Positions 15,079 through 25,209 are shown, numbered from the stretch's first letter. The stretch is 32,000 bases of DNA from an uncultured archaeon (GCA_964354495.1 CAYHAA010000015.1:1-32000); one strand, 5' to 3'. A program made the numbers and translations. The notes: generated by a model from the sequence alone, not told the origin.

Positions 15079-16797
15079 CTACTTCCTGATGGTGCTCATC
15101 ATCTTCTTCAGGGGATAGGTATTGATGACATCGTCTTTTGTCAGCCAGCCACGCCGTGCTTGGTAGACTCCGAATTGCATATGGTCGAGTTCTGTTGTCC
15201 AGTGAGCGTCTGTATTGATCGCTATTCGCAGGCCCATCTTGGTTGCAGTCCGCAAATTGCTGGCATTGAGATCGAGACGCTCTGGGTGTGCATTCAACTC
15301 CATCACGACATTGTTTTTCTTAGCCGACTCAAATACTGCCTCAAGGTCAATCTCAAACTCTGACCTCTTCAGAAGCAGGCGGCCAGTTGGGTGACCGAGG
15401 ATATGCACGTATTTGCTCTCAAGAGCTCGGCAGACCCGTTCAGTCATGGTCTTCCTGTCATCCTTCATTCTACTGTGGATTGATACTGTGACAATATCGA
15501 GCTGAGACAGGACCTCATCCTTGATGTCCAATGAACCATCAGACAATATATCCACCTCTGCACCCTTGAGAATCTTCATCCTCCACCGACCAGAGGCATT
15601 CAGTTCATCAATCTCATCAATGCGCCTCAACAATCGTGCCTCATCCATTCCATTGGCAATCGTGAGGCTCTGAGTGTGGTCTGATACGCAATAGTATTCG
15701 TACCTCTTTGCTTGGGCCGCATCCAGCATCTCCTCAATGGTATTCTTTCCATCAGACTGATCGGTGTGGCTGTGAAGGTCGCCACGTATATCCTTCAACT
15801 CGATGAGCGTGGGTAGAGTCCCGTTCTGAGCTGCTTCTATCTCACCCCAATCTTCTCTGAGCTCTGGTGGGATTGTGTCCATTCCAAAGCTGCGGTATAT
15901 GCCAGACTCGTCTTTTCCAGCAATCTTCTCTTCGCCTCTAAAGAGACCGTACTCGTTGAGTCTGAGCCCCTTCTTCTGTGCAATGGCACGTAGTTTCACA
16001 TTGTGGTCGATACTGCCAGTGAAGTACTGAAGACCAGCACCAAAGCTGTCAGCGGGCAGCACTCGGAGGTCCACCTGAACTCCACCTGAGAGCCGTACTG
16101 AGGATTTGGTCTCACCATGGGCAGAGATACTTGACACCTCCTTAAGGGATACAAATGTGTCCATCACGAGCTTTGGTTCAGTCGCTTCGACAAGAATGTC
16201 AACGTCACCAATTGTTTCCCTTCTCCTACGCATGGAACCTGCAATGACGAGCTGGCGAACTACAGGCAACCTGCGAAGTTGTTCCTCCACGTCACTAGCG
16301 ATTGACAGGGCATCAGCTAGAAGGGTCCTGCTCAGACCACCTCGCGCGACTTGAATCCCCTCAATAATCTGTTTCTGTGTCTTGGCTCCAAGACCAGGCA
16401 GCTGTGATAGCTTGTTCTCGTTGGCAGCCCTCTCAAGTGAGTCCAGATCAGTGACTCCTAGCCTCTCATAGACCAACTTGATTGTCTTGATGCCAACGCC
16501 GGGAACAGCATCGAGCTCCATGATTCTTATTGGAACACGTGTTCTCAATTCGTCAAGAACCGCAACATGCCCAGATTCGAGATAGCTTGTGATGACTTCA
16601 GCAAGACCCTTACCAACACCCGTAATACTGGTGAGCTCTCGACGTTCAGCCATTACAGCAACATCTTCACCAAGGGCTGCAATAGACCTGACAGCTCGTT
16701 GGTATGCCTTGACCTTGAAGGGTTCCTTTCCCTCGAACTCTAGGAGCAGGCCTATCTCCTTCAAGACTCGTGCAACCTCAGCGTTTTTTGTCAACAA
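15079..16797 (-). CDS. polX: DNA polymerase X / PHP 3'-5' exonuclease
   Basis: HhH motifs (GVGKG, GVGIKT, GLGAKT), GSMRR..GDVDIL, QVDLRV, YFTGS, and PHP motifs DLHSHT, SDH, NTDAH. Confidence 0.95.
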   Translation of the reverse strand: MLTKNAEVARVLKEIGLLLEFEGKEPFKVKAYQRAVRSIAALGEDVAVMAERRELTSITGVGKGLAEVITSYLESGHVAVLDELRTRVPIRIMELDAVPGVGIKTIKLVYERLGVTDLDSLERAANENKLSQLPGLGAKTQKQIIEGIQVARGGLSRTLLADALSIASDVEEQLRRLPVVRQLVIAGSMRRRRETIGDVDILVEATEPKLVMDTFVSLKEVSSISAHGETKSSVRLSGGVQVDLRVLPADSFGAGLQYFTGSIDHNVKLRAIAQKKGLRLNEYGLFRGEEKIAGKDESGIYRSFGMDTIPPELREDWGEIEAAQNGTLPTLIELKDIRGDLHSHTDQSDGKNTIEEMLDAAQAKRYEYYCVSDHTQSLTIANGMDEARLLRRIDEIDELNASGRWRMKILKGAEVDILSDGSLDIKDEVLSQLDIVTVSIHSRMKDDRKTMTERVCRALESKYVHILGHPTGRLLLKRSEFEIDLEAVFESAKKNNVVMELNAHPERLDLNASNLRTATKMGLRIAINTDAHWTTELDHMQFGVYQARRGWLTKDDVINTYPLKKMMSTIRK

Positions 16798-16807
16798 TCA
16801 CTTCCTC

Positions 16808-17821
16808 CTATTTGTCTCTGAATGGGTCAATCGACCGTACTGCATCTCTGACAGCTAGTACGTTTTCAGGCGGCGTATCGACAGTGATTACGCAGCCTGG
16901 AGCCACAATGAGGTGTTCAAACCCGGCCTCATCCACTGCATTCAAGACCTGCTTCTTGGCCTCATCGGGCGTCCCAGTCCTCAATACTCCGTTATGGTCG
17001 ATACCTCCCAGCACAGTCCTACGGGACCTCTTCTTGCCTTCTCTGAGTGACAGGGAAGAAGTCTGGTCCTCCCAGTTGGTGCCAACAACCCCAGGAGTTC
17101 GAGCAATCCTGTCGAATCGTATCTCTTCTTTTTGCTCTCTCGTGTGAAGATGTATGATAATGAACTTGGCCTTGCTACGCAGCTTAGAGACCATCCTCAG
17201 ATGATAAGGATAGACGAGAGTATTGTAGTGTTCATCTGAAATCGATGAGAGAGTCGAGTGTTGGGTGGCAATGAACAATCCATCAGCACCTGATTCAAGC
17301 GTGGCTCGTGCAAAATCAATCATCACGTCACAGATTAAATCAAGAGCGCTCTTCAAAATGACAGGAGCCTCATCTGCATACTTGACTAGATTATGGCCGC
17401 ATAGCCTGTCAGCCACCATGGGAGGGTCGAAGATGGTAGCCATAGTAGGAACTCTCCCGTGGGCATACCTCTGAATCAGTTCTACTGCCCGAACTTGGTT
17501 GCCGAATTCGCCGGCATTCACATCAACTGGTTCAAGGACCTCCCAGCCGGTTGAGTCTCTTATGGGATAGGAGGTCAAGGTTGTGGACCCAGTGATGGCA
17601 CCATCATATTCGGCAGTGCATCCAAAGTCAATGCATGGATAGTGACCAAAGAAGGATATCTTGAGGAGGTCATGGTCTAGCTTTCTATGAAACTCAATCT
17701 CCGCATTTGCCAGTCCCTCAGGGGTACGATCCAGGTCAGGATGATGCTTCCACAGGGAGACTGGTATCTTCTCCCCTAGGTTTCCAAGTAACGTTTCCTG
17801 TATTAGCTCATACTTTGACAT
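16808..17821 (-). CDS. Uroporphyrinogen decarboxylase (URO-D/MtaA-CmuA) superfamily protein; substrate unknown
   Basis: PVSLWKHHP, ATIFDP, GADGLFIATQ, IHLH, VLGGID, IVAPGC. Probable start is ATG 17821. Confidence 0.82.
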   Translation of the reverse strand: MSKYELIQETLLGNLGEKIPVSLWKHHPDLDRTPEGLANAEIEFHRKLDHDLLKISFFGHYPCIDFGCTAEYDGAITGSTTLTSYPIRDSTGWEVLEPVDVNAGEFGNQVRAVELIQRYAHGRVPTMATIFDPPMVADRLCGHNLVKYADEAPVILKSALDLICDVMIDFARATLESGADGLFIATQHSTLSSISDEHYNTLVYPYHLRMVSKLRSKAKFIIIHLHTREQKEEIRFDRIARTPGVVGTNWEDQTSSLSLREGKKRSRRTVLGGIDHNGVLRTGTPDEAKKQVLNAVDEAGFEHLIVAPGCVITVDTPPENVLAVRDAVRSIDPFRDK

Positions 17822-17939
17822 AGCACATCTCCACTTCCCATCCATGATAATGAGGCTTTCGAAGAGTGACATGCCATCACACATAAGTAGACTTCATGCT
17901 GGAGAGAGACAGCACCTATTTGCATGCGGTGGACACCAA

Positions 17940-19124
17940 GTGACTGAACACACTGCCCTCTATAGTCCAGAGAAACTCCTAGCTCTGGATGGTATTGATG
18001 AGCTTGAGAGAATGAAGGCAGCAATCAATCCCTTCTGGAATAGAGCACGCCTTGATGTCACGTGGAGTCTTCCAATGATGGCTGGAATGACCGGGAGTTC
18101 GAACATCTCGCTCCAGCAGATGAGGGAGGCAACAAGAGAGGAGTTGCTGACCTTCCACGATCCGTCCTACTTGGAAACACTTGATCTCTTTGGGAACATG
18201 GGATCAGCATTCTCTGCTCGATTTGGTCTAGATACTGATGATTGCCCCATCTTTCCGGGGGTTCACAAATATGCACGTCTACCAGTGGGAGGAGTGATTG
18301 ATGCCACAATAGGTGTTGCCAAGGGGAAATTCAGGAATGCGATGTCGTTTGTTGGCGGTTTTCATCATGCCATGAAGAGCCAAGCAGCTGGATTCTGCTA
18401 CCTCAACGACACAGTAGTCGCCATAAAGAGATACAAAGAGCTGAATCCTGGCAAGAAGGTCCTGTATCTCGACACGGATGTTCATCACGGTGATGGTACG
18501 CAGGAAGCATTCTATGCCGACCCTGATGTCCTCACCATATCACTTCATGAGAGCAGTATGGGGTTCTTCCCGGGAACCGGAAGATCAGACGAGATAGGAA
18601 TAGGCGAGGGAAGAGGCTACTCCGTCAATGTACCCCTTCCACCACTGACCGATGATGTTGAATACTGGAGAGCCTTCGAAGACGTCGTTGTCCCAATCTG
18701 GCGGGCCTACAAACCGGACCTTGTATTCTGGGACGTCGGAGCGGATGCACACATTGGCGATCCCTTAGCAGACCTAATGCTTACCTTTGATACGTACCAA
18801 CGTTTGACTATGACTGTCAGACAGCTTGTGCACGAGGGAGAAAGAAAGCTTGTTGCTGTCGGAGGTGGAGGCTACAACCCTGTGACAGCAGCGAAGGTAT
18901 GGACAATCGTGCTTGCAGGTCTTGCAGAGATGGCGCTACCACCAGTATTGCCAGACAAATGGCTAGAGCTGATCAAGAAGTACGGTCTCAAGACGGGGCG
19001 AGAGGGGTGGACTGACAGGCCAAGTAGGATAGACGAAGAGCACTATCCCAAGGTCAAGCGCGCAGTTGATGATGCCATCAATAAGGTGAAGGAACTCATT
19101 TTCCCTGTGTTCGGACTAGAGTGA
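17940..19124 (+). CDS. Zn-dependent histone deacetylase family (AcuC-like) deacylase; probable GTG start at 17940
   Basis: GGFHHA, GFCYLND, DTDVHHGDG, SLHE..FFPGTG, GADAHIGDPL and GGGGY are all intact. GGTGG RBS precedes the GTG. Confidence 0.92.
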   Translation: MTEHTALYSPEKLLALDGIDELERMKAAINPFWNRARLDVTWSLPMMAGMTGSSNISLQQMREATREELLTFHDPSYLETLDLFGNMGSAFSARFGLDTDDCPIFPGVHKYARLPVGGVIDATIGVAKGKFRNAMSFVGGFHHAMKSQAAGFCYLNDTVVAIKRYKELNPGKKVLYLDTDVHHGDGTQEAFYADPDVLTISLHESSMGFFPGTGRSDEIGIGEGRGYSVNVPLPPLTDDVEYWRAFEDVVVPIWRAYKPDLVFWDVGADAHIGDPLADLMLTFDTYQRLTMTVRQLVHEGERKLVAVGGGGYNPVTAAKVWTIVLAGLAEMALPPVLPDKWLELIKKYGLKTGREGWTDRPSRIDEEHYPKVKRAVDDAINKVKELIFPVFGLE

Positions 19125-19134
19125 CCATCAGTAC

Positions 19135-19785
19135 CTATACTCTCTTAGACCCCAGAAGACACCGGTGGTCAGTACTGTCAATAAAGACCTCAAGTATCTC
19201 AAAACTGCTGAACACTTCGCGCAGTTCGTTCTCTGTGAAGTAGTGATGAGGTATGCCACTCTCGGGGCCGCACATAGGAATGTAGGTTCCATCCTCGACT
19301 TGACGAAGCTGCCAGTCCTCCTCAGGATTCTCTGGCTTCGGGCCTAGAGTGGGAACAGTGATGAAGACGAAAGCGCCGGGCTTCAGAACACGCTCGATTT
19401 CAGAGACTGTGAAGACAATGTCCTTGAGCAGATTGTGATGAATCACCTGTATCGAAATCAGAGCATCAAACGATTCATCCGGGTAAGGAAATGGCTGCTC
19501 CATCAGATGCTCTCTTAGACTCGCAGAGAGACCCTCCTCATCCAACCTCCTATTGGACAGTGCAAGAGCATGTGAGGAAGAATCTATGCCATCCATCTGA
19601 AAGCCCAGTCTTGATAGATACACAAGATGTCGACCAGTGCCGCAACCTAGATCAAGGACTCTCTTGACCCCATGGCCCCTGAAGAGAACGGCAAGCCTTG
19701 ACATTTCTGGATGAGGATCAAGAAAGAAGTACCCATGTTCTCTGAAGATTTTATCCCAGGTGGGCATAGTACTGGGAGTTGCCAT
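19135..19785 (-). CDS. Class I SAM-dependent methyltransferase
   Basis: VLDLGCGTGRH, GID, FDALIS..VIHH, RVLKPG. Confidence 0.9.
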   Translation of the reverse strand: MATPSTMPTWDKIFREHGYFFLDPHPEMSRLAVLFRGHGVKRVLDLGCGTGRHLVYLSRLGFQMDGIDSSSHALALSNRRLDEEGLSASLREHLMEQPFPYPDESFDALISIQVIHHNLLKDIVFTVSEIERVLKPGAFVFITVPTLGPKPENPEEDWQLRQVEDGTYIPMCGPESGIPHHYFTENELREVFSSFEILEVFIDSTDHRCLLGSKRV

Positions 19786-19836
19786 TCTATGATCTATGTG
19801 AATGCTATCAAGTATCGGGGTAAATAAAAGACCGGA

Positions 19837-21588
19837 GTGGCTACATCGGATTCACAAATCTCAGGAGCTCTCTCATCGATGGCAATCAGAAGGAGATACA
19901 TTGTACTGATTCTTGGTCTTATGCTGATAACAGCAGGAGTCAGCATGGCAGCATATACCCAGAGCGGCCATGGAACTGTGAGTGTCACTGAAGTCAATTT
20001 TCAAGCTGTGGACGGCTCTATGATTCATAGCACACTGCAACGTCCGACATATGCTACCAGCACTGACCCCCTGCCAGGTGTAGTCGTCATTCATGGGTCA
20101 TTGCAGAACAAGGAGTGGCTGATGGCGTTTGGTATTGAGCTCGCACGACGGGGATTTGTTGTGCTCACGATTGATGCTAACGGTCATGGCAACTCAGACC
20201 CAGGGACGGGAAGTGGAGCTGCAGCACTAGACTATATTGCTTCACGGGACTATGTCGATAACACACAGATTGGATTGATTGGCCACAGCATGGGAGGCGG
20301 TATCGCGTGGACTGCCATAGCAGGCTCAAGTGTGTACGTGCGTGCATTGGTTCTTGTTGGATCAGGCTTCAGTTCAGCAGCAGCTTACATACCAAATACG
20401 CTTGTAGCAGCCGGTAGCTTTGACTCACTCTCGAGCTATCCTAGCAACTACACTAAACTTGACCCATACTTCAATGTGACTGGGGTTGTACCTGGTATCA
20501 CATATGGTGACTTCGCAAATAATACAGCAAGGAGAGCTATTTTCCCTCCGACCAATCACCTCTTTGAAACCATAGACCCCACCATCGTGAGCGCGAGTGT
20601 TGACTGGATGAGGATGAGCCTAAAGGGAGGCGTTGAAGACGAACACTGGGTAGACAGTTCGAATCTTCTGTTTTCAGCGTGGTTGATCGGTGGCCTATTC
20701 GGACTGCTTGGTGCCATACTCACAATCTTCCCTCTGCTGGCAATACTACTGAGCCTGCCACTTTTCTCGGACCTGCGTAGAACTCCACCTCAGGAGAAAG
20801 CACAGAGCACAGGATCCATTCTGGCATATGGGACACTTTACGGCGCAATCGGGGTTGCAACATTCTTTCCTTTCTTGATTCTTGGAACATTGCTACAATT
20901 CGTGATTCCCTTCCCACAATACAATGGACTGCCAGTGATGTCATGGATGTTGGGGAGCGGGCTGATTGCAGCTGGGGCACTTAAATTGCTGCTAAGACGC
21001 CGAAGCAATCCACAGCTCAGCCTTCGCAAATTGGTATCAGTAGGGACTGAGAGAGGCCTTCCGGATATCGTCAGACTTGTCCTCTTGACAGCTATCGTCT
21101 TTGTCTGGCTATACGCCCTGACCTTGATGGTCGATCTCGGTTTCGCATTGGACCTGAGATGTTTCCTGCCCGGGCTTCATGACCTCACATTGCTGCAGGC
21201 GATTCTAGTACCCCTATACTTTGTTGTATTTCTTGTGTACTCCGTCGTAGAGGGAACTTGGTTCACGAGCATCATGTTGCCAAAGAGTACGGGGAGCTGG
21301 ACAAGAGTGCAGCTCGAATGGTCCGCAACGGCAGTCTTCATCAAGTGCATTCCATATCTCGCTCTGATCGGCATCGAGTTTCTTGGTGGTCTGATTGCGG
21401 GTGCGCCGGTCATTCCAGGTATGATTGGGTATTCATGGTTGTTCTTCTATGCCTTTACACCATGGTTTGCAATATGCACGCTAATCACTATGTTCGCATA
21501 TCGTGTGACAGGAAATAGATGGCTTGGCGCGATGGTCAATGCAATGATATGTGCATGGCTATTGGCGTCAATACTATCATTCAGGTGA
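19837..21588 (+). CDS. Alpha/beta hydrolase with N-terminal TM and C-terminal multi-TM domain
   Basis: VIHG, GHGNS, nucleophile elbow GHSMGG, candidate Asp (GSFDS) and His (TNHLFE), and many TM helices after residue ~280. Confidence 0.85.
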   Translation: MATSDSQISGALSSMAIRRRYIVLILGLMLITAGVSMAAYTQSGHGTVSVTEVNFQAVDGSMIHSTLQRPTYATSTDPLPGVVVIHGSLQNKEWLMAFGIELARRGFVVLTIDANGHGNSDPGTGSGAAALDYIASRDYVDNTQIGLIGHSMGGGIAWTAIAGSSVYVRALVLVGSGFSSAAAYIPNTLVAAGSFDSLSSYPSNYTKLDPYFNVTGVVPGITYGDFANNTARRAIFPPTNHLFETIDPTIVSASVDWMRMSLKGGVEDEHWVDSSNLLFSAWLIGGLFGLLGAILTIFPLLAILLSLPLFSDLRRTPPQEKAQSTGSILAYGTLYGAIGVATFFPFLILGTLLQFVIPFPQYNGLPVMSWMLGSGLIAAGALKLLLRRRSNPQLSLRKLVSVGTERGLPDIVRLVLLTAIVFVWLYALTLMVDLGFALDLRCFLPGLHDLTLLQAILVPLYFVVFLVYSVVEGTWFTSIMLPKSTGSWTRVQLEWSATAVFIKCIPYLALIGIEFLGGLIAGAPVIPGMIGYSWLFFYAFTPWFAICTLITMFAYRVTGNRWLGAMVNAMICAWLLASILSFR

Positions 21589-21601
21589 TAGACTAGGATG
21601 G

Positions 21602-21634
21602 ATAGCACCGGGCTGAGCCGAGCCCGCTGCCTAT
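21602..21634. terminator. Hairpin between convergent genes
   Basis: CGGGCT-GAGCCG-AGCCCG core, extended by ATAG/CTAT. Confidence 0.45.
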
Positions 21635-21647
21635 TTCCCTACAGGGT

Positions 21648-22547
21648 TCACTTCTTGGGATGAGTGAACAACCACTCAAGTAATCCTGTGCCAGTGGCGC
21701 CTAGCTCCTTGCACTCATGGACTGCCATCCCCTCGTAGAGCTCAGTAGAGCCACTCGGGAACTCTCGAGCGAATCGCACGAAGCTCTTGGGGCTGATCAG
21801 ATGGGACTTGAGATTGTAGGCGGTATCATCCGTTCCTATGATCCGGGTCTTTGCTCCAATGGGTATTCCAGACTCCTTGTGGGTCTCTGTCACCAGTTTC
21901 ACACTCTTGATAGGAACGTGACCATCGACATTGCTGATTCCGCCAGAGGGATGCTCTTCACCCTTGACCACATCACGTCTAAGCCCTATTGACATATCAT
22001 CAAACTGTGCATGCAGAGCAAACCAGCTCTCAATGTGCCAGTCTCGAGACCCCCAGCTCTTGTCACGCTCGCCGAGCCCCTGTATCGTTACAACATTCCC
22101 ATCTGAGAACTTGACCGTACCATGGGGCGCACCAGATTGCTCGAAATGACCAGCCCAGGATGTCCCACTTCCGCTGCCAAAATCATACGGCGGATATCGA
22201 GCAGGCCAGATGATGTCTGCCTTGAAACTCTTGCCTCTGTAGATAATCCTCCACTCCTCCATCGGTTTGACCAAGTCGTACGATAGTACGCCGTCTGTCA
22301 ACGACTCTGAAGAGTCATTAGAGAACGAGCCGAGTGGTTCACTAAAATGGACCTCACGCTCATCATCATAGAAGAGTGCAAACACGAACTCACGCTTGTT
22401 GGTGTTCGGAAGAAGGCCGATTGTAGAAAAACCGGATATCCGTGCATCAAGATCGACCCAGTTGAAGTAGTAGCTCTCACGCCAATCAGAGCGTTCATCT
22501 GCCTCATGGGCATATTCATCGCTCGATGTAAGGCGGTGTCTTCTCAA
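21648..22547 (-). CDS. Hypothetical beta-rich protein, tocopherol-cyclase/AttH/CrtC-like lipocalin fold (DUF7064/7065-like)
   Basis: WRESYYFNW, GHFEQSG..GTV, GLGERDKSWG.RDW. The family call is from recall. Confidence 0.6.
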   Translation of the reverse strand: MRRHRLTSSDEYAHEADERSDWRESYYFNWVDLDARISGFSTIGLLPNTNKREFVFALFYDDEREVHFSEPLGSFSNDSSESLTDGVLSYDLVKPMEEWRIIYRGKSFKADIIWPARYPPYDFGSGSGTSWAGHFEQSGAPHGTVKFSDGNVVTIQGLGERDKSWGSRDWHIESWFALHAQFDDMSIGLRRDVVKGEEHPSGGISNVDGHVPIKSVKLVTETHKESGIPIGAKTRIIGTDDTAYNLKSHLISPKSFVRFAREFPSGSTELYEGMAVHECKELGATGTGLLEWLFTHPKK

Positions 22548-22559
22548 CTAGGTTCACTC

Positions 22560-23726
22560 CTATTCGGGAAGTAGATAGAGAGTTGGGTCTGACTCCATTT
22601 CATCATCAAATCGACCGAATCGCATGAAAGCTGGATCCGCATCATTATCCATGAAGAAAGGCACATGCTCGTCAATGACGGCTTGGGATAGCTTCCAATC
22701 TATCCTGTCAGTGATCCCGACTTGATTTGTATAGCGAGCATAACACCTCCAATATGCTTCAGCTCCGGCAATCATGAGCTTCTTCTTGTCCCATTCTGCG
22801 AACTTCAGGTATAGCTCTGTCTGAGCAGCATCAGCGGCCTCAGCATATGCTGGGAGCTCGTCCAAGCCCAGTGCCACAATCTTCGAGCCATGTTTTGTAT
22901 ATGCACATGCATTAGTGACCAGCTTGGAGTAGTCGCCTGGCTGAACGGTCACTGTACCGATGTCATTGAAGAAGGTTGTACAGTCACGCAGTGTCATGGC
23001 GATACCAAGCGATGCAGATGGGAGTTTTGACTCTGTGTCAGACCAAGGCAGCCATAGGGCTTCTTTTCCATCATGAAGATGAGTATACTCTGAGATGATG
23101 AGAACCTCATTATGCCCAACTGGGTAGGGACCATGATCGATGATCTTTGCGCGAGCCTCGCACTCGTCCATGAAGGCATAGAGATCAACTGCGCCAATGT
23201 GACGACGAATCTTTCGTACCTGTTCCTCAGTCACAGGTTCGAAACGGTCTTTCAGCCAGTTGATGCTGCCATCGCGAAGGGCAAGGTTCACCCCTCCTGA
23301 TGATGCGACCGTGGGTTTGCCTGTATTGAAGTAGTTGGTGCCTAGTCTGTACCACTGTTCAAGCATCCATTTCCACTGCTCCTGACGCTCATTGGATTCC
23401 TTGGATGATTCGCTTTCGTGCTTGTTGAAGATCACACCCATCCTTGCTAGGCTATAGTATAGCCAGAGATAGGTGATTGACAGTGCCTGAATCTCTGAGA
23501 GAAGCGTCTTGCTCTTCTTGGCAAGCGCCTCAGGGGTGATTCTCTTCCACACTTGGGTCATCACATCAAAGAGGCGTTCGTACGTCTGGTAGAAGCCTAA
23601 GCAGATATACTCGTTCACAGGAAAGAGCTTTGACTCCAGAAGGCCACGTTCAGCAAGAATATCAGAGAAGACTTGAGACAGGTGAGTTAGTTGTTGGTTA
23701 ATCACTCTAGTATCCAATGCATTCAT
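22560..23726 (-). CDS. Hypothetical 388-aa soluble protein
   Basis: Long ORF with normal composition, 12 nt from the next gene in the same direction. No recognisable motif. Confidence 0.8.
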   Translation of the reverse strand: MNALDTRVINQQLTHLSQVFSDILAERGLLESKLFPVNEYICLGFYQTYERLFDVMTQVWKRITPEALAKKSKTLLSEIQALSITYLWLYYSLARMGVIFNKHESESSKESNERQEQWKWMLEQWYRLGTNYFNTGKPTVASSGGVNLALRDGSINWLKDRFEPVTEEQVRKIRRHIGAVDLYAFMDECEARAKIIDHGPYPVGHNEVLIISEYTHLHDGKEALWLPWSDTESKLPSASLGIAMTLRDCTTFFNDIGTVTVQPGDYSKLVTNACAYTKHGSKIVALGLDELPAYAEAADAAQTELYLKFAEWDKKKLMIAGAEAYWRCYARYTNQVGITDRIDWKLSQAVIDEHVPFFMDNDADPAFMRFGRFDDEMESDPTLYLLPE

Positions 23727-23855
23727 CTCCAGATAGGGGGATGCTCATTGAAATGATAACGCAGTGACTGTCAGTATTAAGTTGTTCGAAACCATAAGCA
23801 GTCTTATAATACGGATATTCCTAGACAGAGAAAGCTCCCGGGTGGCCGATTCCTG

Positions 23856-24206
23856 TTGAAACGAGTTGGAAACGGACTTATCTCATTGAAACTGAGTGCA
23901 GAAGGTGAACTCAGGTACGTTACTACTGTCCAGGAAGTGGTCAAGCTCTTGAAAGAGGGCCCCGATGGAAAAATAGCACTCGTGGATGATGCAGGCACCA
24001 CATTCCTTGCACCAGTTCTCTCAAGATTAGCAGGCGTTGTGTGCAGGTCTGGGGCATTGGGCTCACACCTAGCTATTGTCACTCGTGAGTTCGAGATACC
24101 GGCATTGATGGGGGTAAAAATAGAGGACCCACAAGGACTCAATGGCAAACACGCTATGATCAAACCTGAGGAGGGTGTTTCAGGAGCCCTTTATGTAGGA
24201 GAATAG
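23856..24206 (+). CDS. Stand-alone PEP-utilizing enzyme mobile (phospho-His swivel) domain
   Basis: AGVVCRSGALGSHLAIVTREFEIPALMG matches the GG.TSH.AI.ARE.GIPA..G signature. Confidence 0.88.
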   Translation: MKRVGNGLISLKLSAEGELRYVTTVQEVVKLLKEGPDGKIALVDDAGTTFLAPVLSRLAGVVCRSGALGSHLAIVTREFEIPALMGVKIEDPQGLNGKHAMIKPEEGVSGALYVGE

Positions 24207-24222
24207 TTGAGGCGCATAACAT

Positions 24223-25209
24223 TTGGATAACAGCAAGATCCCTCTGATTCAATCTCTGGACAGCATTCGACCAGAGGACGTTGAAGCTCATGGTGGTAAG
24301 GCAACAAACCTTGCCCGTCTGCGTCGCGAGGGATTTTGTACACCAAGGGGGTTTTCAATCTCAAGTCACAACTTCGTCCAGATGAGAGATGGAATTCCAG
24401 ATGTGACCCGACTTCTTGATACAATCGAAACTGCGGATGACTTCGAAGAGGTGCTTCTTCTTGCAGAAAAGATCCAGACACTGGTGAGTCTTTCTCAGTT
24501 GGGGGAGAGTCTGAAGACTGAGATTAGAGAGGAACTCCAGCGCATGCAGGAGTCAAAGACTGGTTCTGAGGCAGGCTATGCGGTTCGTTCCTCAGCCACA
24601 ATCGAGGATCGTAGTGATATCTCATTTGCAGGTCAAGCAGAGACTCTTCTCTGCATCAGAAACTCTTCGGACATACTCGAGGCTGTGAAGCAAGTCTGGA
24701 AATCAGCATATTCTCCCAGCGCGGCAATGTATCTGAAGTCCAAGAGGATTCCGTTGAAGCAAGTCAAGATGGCTGTAGTAGTTCAAGAGATGATACCTGC
24801 TGTTGTTTCAGGGGTAATGTTCACAGCTAATGTGGTGAACAACAGCACAAATGAGATGTTGATCAATGCAATTTGGGGACTAGGAGAAACCCTTGTATCA
24901 GGGAAGGTTAACCCCGACACCTTCATTCTATCGAAGAAACCGCGACGTGTTTTACAGAAGGAGCTGGGAACGAAGAAGATCACTAGTGTTGCCTCAATTT
25001 CAGAGAGCAGCACCAGGACACACGATACGCCTAGAGAGAGATGTGAGAAATTCACTCTGGACAATCAATTAGTGCTGAAAGTGGCACAGTTAGGATTAGA
25101 GATAGAAAAGAAGATGGGAGCACCTCAAGACATCGAATGGTGCATCGGGCCCGATGGTGAGATTGTAATCCTTCAATCAAGACCGATAACTACTCTCAAT
25201 ATCCCCTGA
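24223..25209 (+). CDS. Stand-alone PEP synthase/PPDK N-terminal ATP-grasp domain
   Basis: GGKATNL, AVRSSATIED..SFAGQ, VVVQEMI..GVMFT, GLGETLVSG, QDIEW..ILQSRPIT. The protein ends immediately after this domain. Confidence 0.92.
   Translation: MDNSKIPLIQSLDSIRPEDVEAHGGKATNLARLRREGFCTPRGFSISSHNFVQMRDGIPDVTRLLDTIETADDFEEVLLLAEKIQTLVSLSQLGESLKTEIREELQRMQESKTGSEAGYAVRSSATIEDRSDISFAGQAETLLCIRNSSDILEAVKQVWKSAYSPSAAMYLKSKRIPLKQVKMAVVVQEMIPAVVSGVMFTANVVNNSTNEMLINAIWGLGETLVSGKVNPDTFILSKKPRRVLQKELGTKKITSVASISESSTRTHDTPRERCEKFTLDNQLVLKVAQLGLEIEKKMGAPQDIEWCIGPDGEIVILQSRPITTLNIP

Noticed and set aside
14990-15081. Amber (pyrrolysine) read-through of the polX TAG into a 35-codon frame with CxxC
   Set aside because: PolX-PHP already ends at the usual length, and there are no pyl genes or tRNA-Pyl in the window.
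23765-23773. TGAC-T-GTCA palindrome in the divergent promoter of the split dikinase cluster
   Set aside because: It is only 9 bp, single-copy, and has no adjacent regulator. Not distinguishable from chance.
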